DNA of 64,000 nucleotides from Candidatus Latescibacterota bacterium (GTDB lineage Bacteria; Latescibacterota; UBA2968): NCBI GenBank assembly GCA_965232265.1, contig CBDDPH010000002.1, positions 2,008,290 to 2,072,289 of the forward strand, read 5' to 3'. Shown piece by piece: positions 59,582 to 64,000 of this stretch (position 1 is its first letter; each line of letters starts with the position of its first letter). The notes under the pieces were generated by a model. It saw only the letters and a program-made list of their open reading frames with translations, ran no database searches and was not told where the DNA came from. The position numbers and the translations under genes were made by a program.

Positions 59582-60265
59582 TCACTCTACGGGCATACCA
59601 ATGCGCTGCCAGCGCACGCGCTCTGGGAAATGGAACAGATTATAAAGCGCGATACCGAGTAGAGAGGTCATGTTGCTATATGCAGGAGCCTGAGTATCGG
59701 GCGCCCAGGACCAGTAGAGGATAAATGCTTTCCCCCGAATGAGATCGCGCTTGAGAAACCCCCAGTATCGGCTGTCTTCACTGCTGTCGCGGTTATCGCC
59801 CATCACGAAATAGCAGTCTTCGGGCACGATCTTAGGCCCGTAATTATCCCGCGTATGGGCTGCCGATCTCCGTCTGAGAATAACAGAATCGATATATTTG
59901 GCTTTGGACGGATCAGTCGCGCGCTTGTCGTCAACATAAAGGATTTTATCTTTGATTTCAACTTTCTGCCCGGGACCTGCAACAATGCGTTTGATAAAAT
60001 CGCGGGACGGATCTCTGGGATACTGAAAAATGACAATATCGCCGGGAACTGGCGAGCGCCATGCGGGCAGGCGAATATCGGTAAAGGGAATACGAGCGCC
60101 ATAAATAAATTTATTTGCCAGCAAAAAATCTCCGACCAACAAAGTGTTTTCCATCGATCCCGAAGGAATGCGAAATGCCTGCACGACAAATATGCGAATA
60201 AAAAGCGCGAGTGCAAACGCGAGTAAGATGGCTTTGATATATTCGATAGTCACGGATTTTTTCAT
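59582..60265 (-). CDS. lepB: signal peptidase I
   Basis: N-terminal TM helix, catalytic Ser motif PSGSMENTL, and the K region/GDNR block. Confidence 0.85.
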   Translation of the reverse strand: MKKSVTIEYIKAILLAFALALFIRIFVVQAFRIPSGSMENTLLVGDFLLANKFIYGARIPFTDIRLPAWRSPVPGDIVIFQYPRDPSRDFIKRIVAGPGQKVEIKDKILYVDDKRATDPSKAKYIDSVILRRRSAAHTRDNYGPKIVPEDCYFVMGDNRDSSEDSRYWGFLKRDLIRGKAFILYWSWAPDTQAPAYSNMTSLLGIALYNLFHFPERVRWQRIGMPVE

Positions 60266-60269
60266 AATT

Positions 60270-60296
60270 GTGAACGGGTTTGAAACCCGTTCCTAC
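60270..60296. repeat. type-II REP-like palindrome variant GTGAACGGGTTTGAAACCCGTTCCTAC
   Basis: Palindrome between lepB and lepA. Same architecture as 41980-42009. Confidence 0.7.
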
Positions 60297-60354
60297 ATTA
60301 TATATTCCATCCCAGGCGGATCGGATATCTGCGTTATCTGCGTCCATCTGCGGA

Positions 60355-62154
60355 TCACATTTCCATCTGCAAGACAGCGAGAAAAGCCTCTTGCGGAATT
60401 TCTACTGCGCCGACTTGTTTCATGCGCTTTTTGCCCTCCTTTTGACGCTCGAGGAGTTTGCGCTTGCGGGTAATATCACCGCCATAACATTTGGCTGTGA
60501 CGTTTTTGCGGAAGGGACGCACGGTTTCGCGCGAGATCACTTTGGCACCGATCGCCGCTTGAATAACGACTTCAAAGAGTTGGCGCGGGATCAGTGCCTT
60601 GAGTTTTTGACTCAACGTGCGCCCCCAGTCATAGGCTTTATCGCGGTGAACAATGGCAGAAAGCGCGTCTAAGGGTTCGCCATTGATGAGCAGGTCGAGT
60701 TTGACCAGATCCGCCGCCTGATGTTTTTTGTATTCGTAGTCAAACGATGCATAACCGCGCGAAACCGATTTGAGGCGGTCGTAAAAATCGAGTACAATTT
60801 CGGATAACGGCAGATCATAGCGCAGGAGGGCACGGGTGGGATCGATGTATTCGGTCGTCCGATAATGCCCCCGACGGTCTTGTGCAATACGCATAATATT
60901 GCCCACATATTCAGAAGGCACCAAAATTTGGGCATCGAGCAGGGGTTCGGCAATATCTTCTATATCTCCCGCCGGGGGCATCTCAGCGGGATTTTGCACA
61001 TCGACCTGCTCGCCACTCTTCAGACGCACGCGATACTCCACATTGGGCACAGTCGTGATAATGTCTATATCAAATTCGCGGTCGAGTCGCTCCTGGACAA
61101 TTTCCATGTGGAGCAACCCGAGAAAGCCACACCGAAACCCGAAACCGAGTGCTGTCGAAGTTTCGGGTTCGTAGGACAATGACGCATCGTTGAGGCGTAG
61201 TTTTTCGAGCGCAGAGCGAAGATTTTCAAAGTCATCGGATGATACGGGATAAAGTCCGGCAAAAACCATGGGCTTGACATCCTGGTAGCCGGGCAAGGGA
61301 TGAGGCGCGGGATTCGCAGAGCCGGTAACGGTATCGCCGACCCGGGCGTCTTCAAGGTCCTTTATCCCCGCGATGAGATACCCGACTTCGCCCGCGCTGA
61401 GGCTTTGTTGTGCAATGCGTTTGAGTTTGAGAGTCCCAATCTCTTCGGCATCGTAATTCTGGTGGGTCGAAAAGAGGCGAATGGGCATGTTTTTCTTTAA
61501 AACACCATCAAAAACGCGCAGGTATGCCACGACACCGCGATATTGATCAAAAATAGAATCGAAAATGAGAGCCTTAAGCGGTGCATCTGGATTCCCTTCA
61601 GGGGGCGGGATCTCATCGATGATGGCAGCCAGGAGTTTATCGATCCCAATGCCCTCTTTGGCGCTGATTTTGACAATTTCTTCTTCTTCCACACCGAGCA
61701 AGTCGTGAAGTTGCATCACCACGCGATCGACCTCGGCACCGGGCAGATCAATTTTGTTGATCACGGGAATGATGAACAGATCGTGCTCCATAGCGAGGAG
61801 AACATTGCTAACGGTTTGGGCCTCCACTCCCTGCGCCGCATCAACGAGGAGCAGCGCACCTTCACAGGCGGTAAGGCTGCGCGAAACCTCATACGAGAAA
61901 TCGACATGACCCGGCGTATCGATGAGATTGAGTTCATAAATCTGACCATCTGGTGCCGTGTAATCCATGCGAATGGCATGTGATTTAATGGTAATACCCC
62001 GCTCGCGCTCGAGGTCCATGCTGTCGAGCACCTGATCTTGCATCTGAAATTTGCTCAGAGTCTGCGTCTGCTCGAGCAACCGGTCGGCCAAGGTTGATTT
62101 TCCGTGATCAATATGCGCGATAATGGAAAAATTTCGAATATTCTGAAGATTCAT
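60355..62154 (-). CDS. lepA: elongation factor 4
   Basis: G-domain AHIDHGKST and DTPGHVDF plus the LepA C-terminal domain. Start at MNLQNIRNF (ATG 62154). Confidence 0.9.
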   Translation of the reverse strand: MNLQNIRNFSIIAHIDHGKSTLADRLLEQTQTLSKFQMQDQVLDSMDLERERGITIKSHAIRMDYTAPDGQIYELNLIDTPGHVDFSYEVSRSLTACEGALLLVDAAQGVEAQTVSNVLLAMEHDLFIIPVINKIDLPGAEVDRVVMQLHDLLGVEEEEIVKISAKEGIGIDKLLAAIIDEIPPPEGNPDAPLKALIFDSIFDQYRGVVAYLRVFDGVLKKNMPIRLFSTHQNYDAEEIGTLKLKRIAQQSLSAGEVGYLIAGIKDLEDARVGDTVTGSANPAPHPLPGYQDVKPMVFAGLYPVSSDDFENLRSALEKLRLNDASLSYEPETSTALGFGFRCGFLGLLHMEIVQERLDREFDIDIITTVPNVEYRVRLKSGEQVDVQNPAEMPPAGDIEDIAEPLLDAQILVPSEYVGNIMRIAQDRRGHYRTTEYIDPTRALLRYDLPLSEIVLDFYDRLKSVSRGYASFDYEYKKHQAADLVKLDLLINGEPLDALSAIVHRDKAYDWGRTLSQKLKALIPRQLFEVVIQAAIGAKVISRETVRPFRKNVTAKCYGGDITRKRKLLERQKEGKKRMKQVGAVEIPQEAFLAVLQMEM

Positions 62155-62444
62155 ATTGTTGTGTTGTAACAAGTTTGGGAAGTCGTGAATAACTGTTATA
62201 GCAGTTCAATAAATGCCATAAAGCATAAGAATATACCGCCTTGCCTTGTTCAAGTCAATCTAAGACCTGATTGTAGAAACACACCACTTGATAACCCCAA
62301 ATGCGAGATGTGAGGAAATGCGATTGACAACCTCAAATTCGTAATTATAGCCAGTTTGATTGACAATGATATGTAAATTGACTATCTTTTTGGGCTATTA
62401 TTTCAGATATTTTTTATAGCATTTGCCAGCAGGCGGGAGCGGGT

Positions 62445-63317
62445 ATGATCGCCAGCATGACCGGTTTTGGAAAGGGTGTTGCAGAAGGGAAAGTGGGCCG
62501 CGTTATTGTCGAAATGCGGTCGGTCAATGGACGCTATGGCGATGTGATGGTACGCATGCCCCGTTCCTTGTCTGAGCTCGAGCCTCGCATCAAAGAACGG
62601 ATTTTGTCGGTCTTTACAAGAGGGCGAATCGAGGTGAGCATCACCTTACAGGGTGCCGCATCAGATCAGGGCCTTCCCGTACTCAAGCCCGAAGTTCTAT
62701 CCGCGTATCTCAAAGGAATCGAGGAAATTCGCGCAGATATATCGGGCGATATCGATTTGATGCAAATTGCCCAACTGCCTCAACTATTCGCCTTTGAAAT
62801 TCCCGAACTCGATTCTGACGCCCTCTGGCAAGTGGTATCTCCTGCACTCGGTCAGGCCATTGACGCCTGTCGCGCCATGTGCCTATCAGAAGGTGAAAAA
62901 CTCGCCCGCGATTTCCGCGAGCGCATTTCAATGCTCGACGAATTTCTCCAGCGCGTCGAAGCACTCGCACCCGGGCGTGTCGAAACGGCTCGGGCTCGGT
63001 TAGAGGAAAAATTGGCGCAATTATTAACGCCTGAACAAATTGATGAAAGCAGGCTGTTGATGGAAATTGCCCTCCTGGCTGACCGCAGCGACATAACAGA
63101 AGAATGCGTGCGTTTTCACAGTCACAACGCGCAGTTTCTCGAGATGCTCGACCGCAGTGAAGCAGTTGGCCGGCGTCTCAATTTTTTACTTCAAGAAATG
63201 CTCAGAGAAGCCAATACCATGGGATCCAAAGCGGGTGATGCGACAATAGCCCATGTGGTTGTAGATATTAAAGAAGAAATTGAAAAACTCAAAGAACAGA
63301 TTCAGAACATCGAGTAA
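62445..63317 (+). CDS. yicC: YicC family stress-induced protein
   Basis: YicC N-terminal domain MTGFGKG and a DUF1732 C-terminus. Confidence 0.8.
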   Translation: MIASMTGFGKGVAEGKVGRVIVEMRSVNGRYGDVMVRMPRSLSELEPRIKERILSVFTRGRIEVSITLQGAASDQGLPVLKPEVLSAYLKGIEEIRADISGDIDLMQIAQLPQLFAFEIPELDSDALWQVVSPALGQAIDACRAMCLSEGEKLARDFRERISMLDEFLQRVEALAPGRVETARARLEEKLAQLLTPEQIDESRLLMEIALLADRSDITEECVRFHSHNAQFLEMLDRSEAVGRRLNFLLQEMLREANTMGSKAGDATIAHVVVDIKEEIEKLKEQIQNIE

Positions 63318-63358
63318 GAACGCGGATAAAGCAGATGGCGCGGATAAAATAAAAAAAA

Positions 63359-64000
63359 ATGAATATTGAACGGATTCAGCAAAAGCTGAGTGATAATCCC
63401 GCCGCTTATGCCGTGATCGTCTCAGGGCCATCGGGGGTAGGAAAAACGTCGATGTGCCAGGGCGTTTTGCGTGCAGATTCAAGCGTGCGGCGGTGTGTGA
63501 CGACAACCACGCGACCACCACGCGAGGACGAAATACAGGGCGTCGCCCGTCATTTTGTAACCGTTGCACAATTTGAAGCCATGCAAACGCGAGGCGATTT
63601 TGTCGAATCTGCCGAAGTACACGGACATCTTTACGGCGCGACATTCGACTCGGTTGCAAAAGCCATGTGCGGTGGACAGGTGATGTTGATGGATGTTGAT
63701 GTGCAAGGCGTAGCCGCGTGGAAAAAAGTCTTAGGAGATCGCTGTGTGACCGTATTTGTCGTGCCGCCATCTCTCGATGTGCTTGCAGAACGACTCAATG
63801 CGCGAGGATCTGAAAGCACGTCGGCCTTTCGCTTGCGTATGGAAAATGCCGATTCTGAACTCGCCCAAGCAAAAAACAGCGATTACGTTGTCGTAAATGA
63901 CAAATTGGAACAAGCCATCGCCGATTTACTCGCTATTATTCGCGCAGAGCGACGGCGCTCACGGAGGATGTGTTTCAGTAGTCAACAACTGGCAATATGA
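63359..64000 (+). CDS. gmk: guanylate kinase
   Basis: P-loop GPSGVGKTS and the GMP-binding pattern. Conserved yicC-gmk order. The stop codon is at the window end. Confidence 0.8.
   Translation: MNIERIQQKLSDNPAAYAVIVSGPSGVGKTSMCQGVLRADSSVRRCVTTTTRPPREDEIQGVARHFVTVAQFEAMQTRGDFVESAEVHGHLYGATFDSVAKAMCGGQVMLMDVDVQGVAAWKKVLGDRCVTVFVVPPSLDVLAERLNARGSESTSAFRLRMENADSELAQAKNSDYVVVNDKLEQAIADLLAIIRAERRRSRRMCFSSQQLAI

Overview
This 64 kb window is a contig of about 55% GC from a Gram-negative-type bacterium. It carries outer-membrane genes (TonB-dependent receptor, Wza/Wzz, alginate-export porin) and is probably an uncultivated environmental lineage; I cannot assign a taxon from sequence alone. Most of it is ordinary chromosome: a partial NUDIX hydrolase, gdhA, nadB, guaA, purM, cinA, a tesA/ybbA/ybbP-like ABC module, recD2, tsaC, thrB-hemW-lepB-lepA, yicC-gmk, a Wzz/Wza polysaccharide-export pair, and a catabolic island (Gfo/Idh/MocA oxidoreductase, DSD1-like PLP enzyme, TAT-secreted pectate-lyase-fold protein, TonB-dependent receptor, DapA-like lyase, enolase-superfamily enzyme, TauD dioxygenase).

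The accessory content is concentrated in five places:
- An unannotated small-peptide locus at about 12.9-16.4 kb. It holds three paralogous precursor-like peptides with a shared leader and Gly-Gly junction, a Gly-rich bacteriocin-like peptide, a duplicated small membrane protein carrying a nonsense codon, and a CPBP/Abi protease. It is flanked by a transposase-like fragment and, 1.6 kb downstream, the decayed C-terminal remnant of a MacB/FtsX ABC permease.
- A low-GC island at about 22.1-22.8 kb encoding a membrane-anchored Abi-like protein, next to an Rpn/PD-(D/E)XK nuclease gene.
- A BrnT/BrnA toxin-antitoxin pair.
- Two large secreted beta-propeller proteins (YWTD and FG-GAP) with dockerin-like modules. 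One has a roughly 28-residue poly-Gly linker encoded by an 84-nt (GGN) microsatellite; the other has a recent 150-bp intragenic tandem duplication.
- Intergenic DNA densely populated by a mosaic repeat system: GTAGG...CCTAC palindromes with two core types, GTGTGAA heptamer arrays, and TCATCTGCGT decamer arrays next to a CCGCAGG/CCTGCGG hairpin.

No tRNA, rRNA or CRISPR array was recognised.
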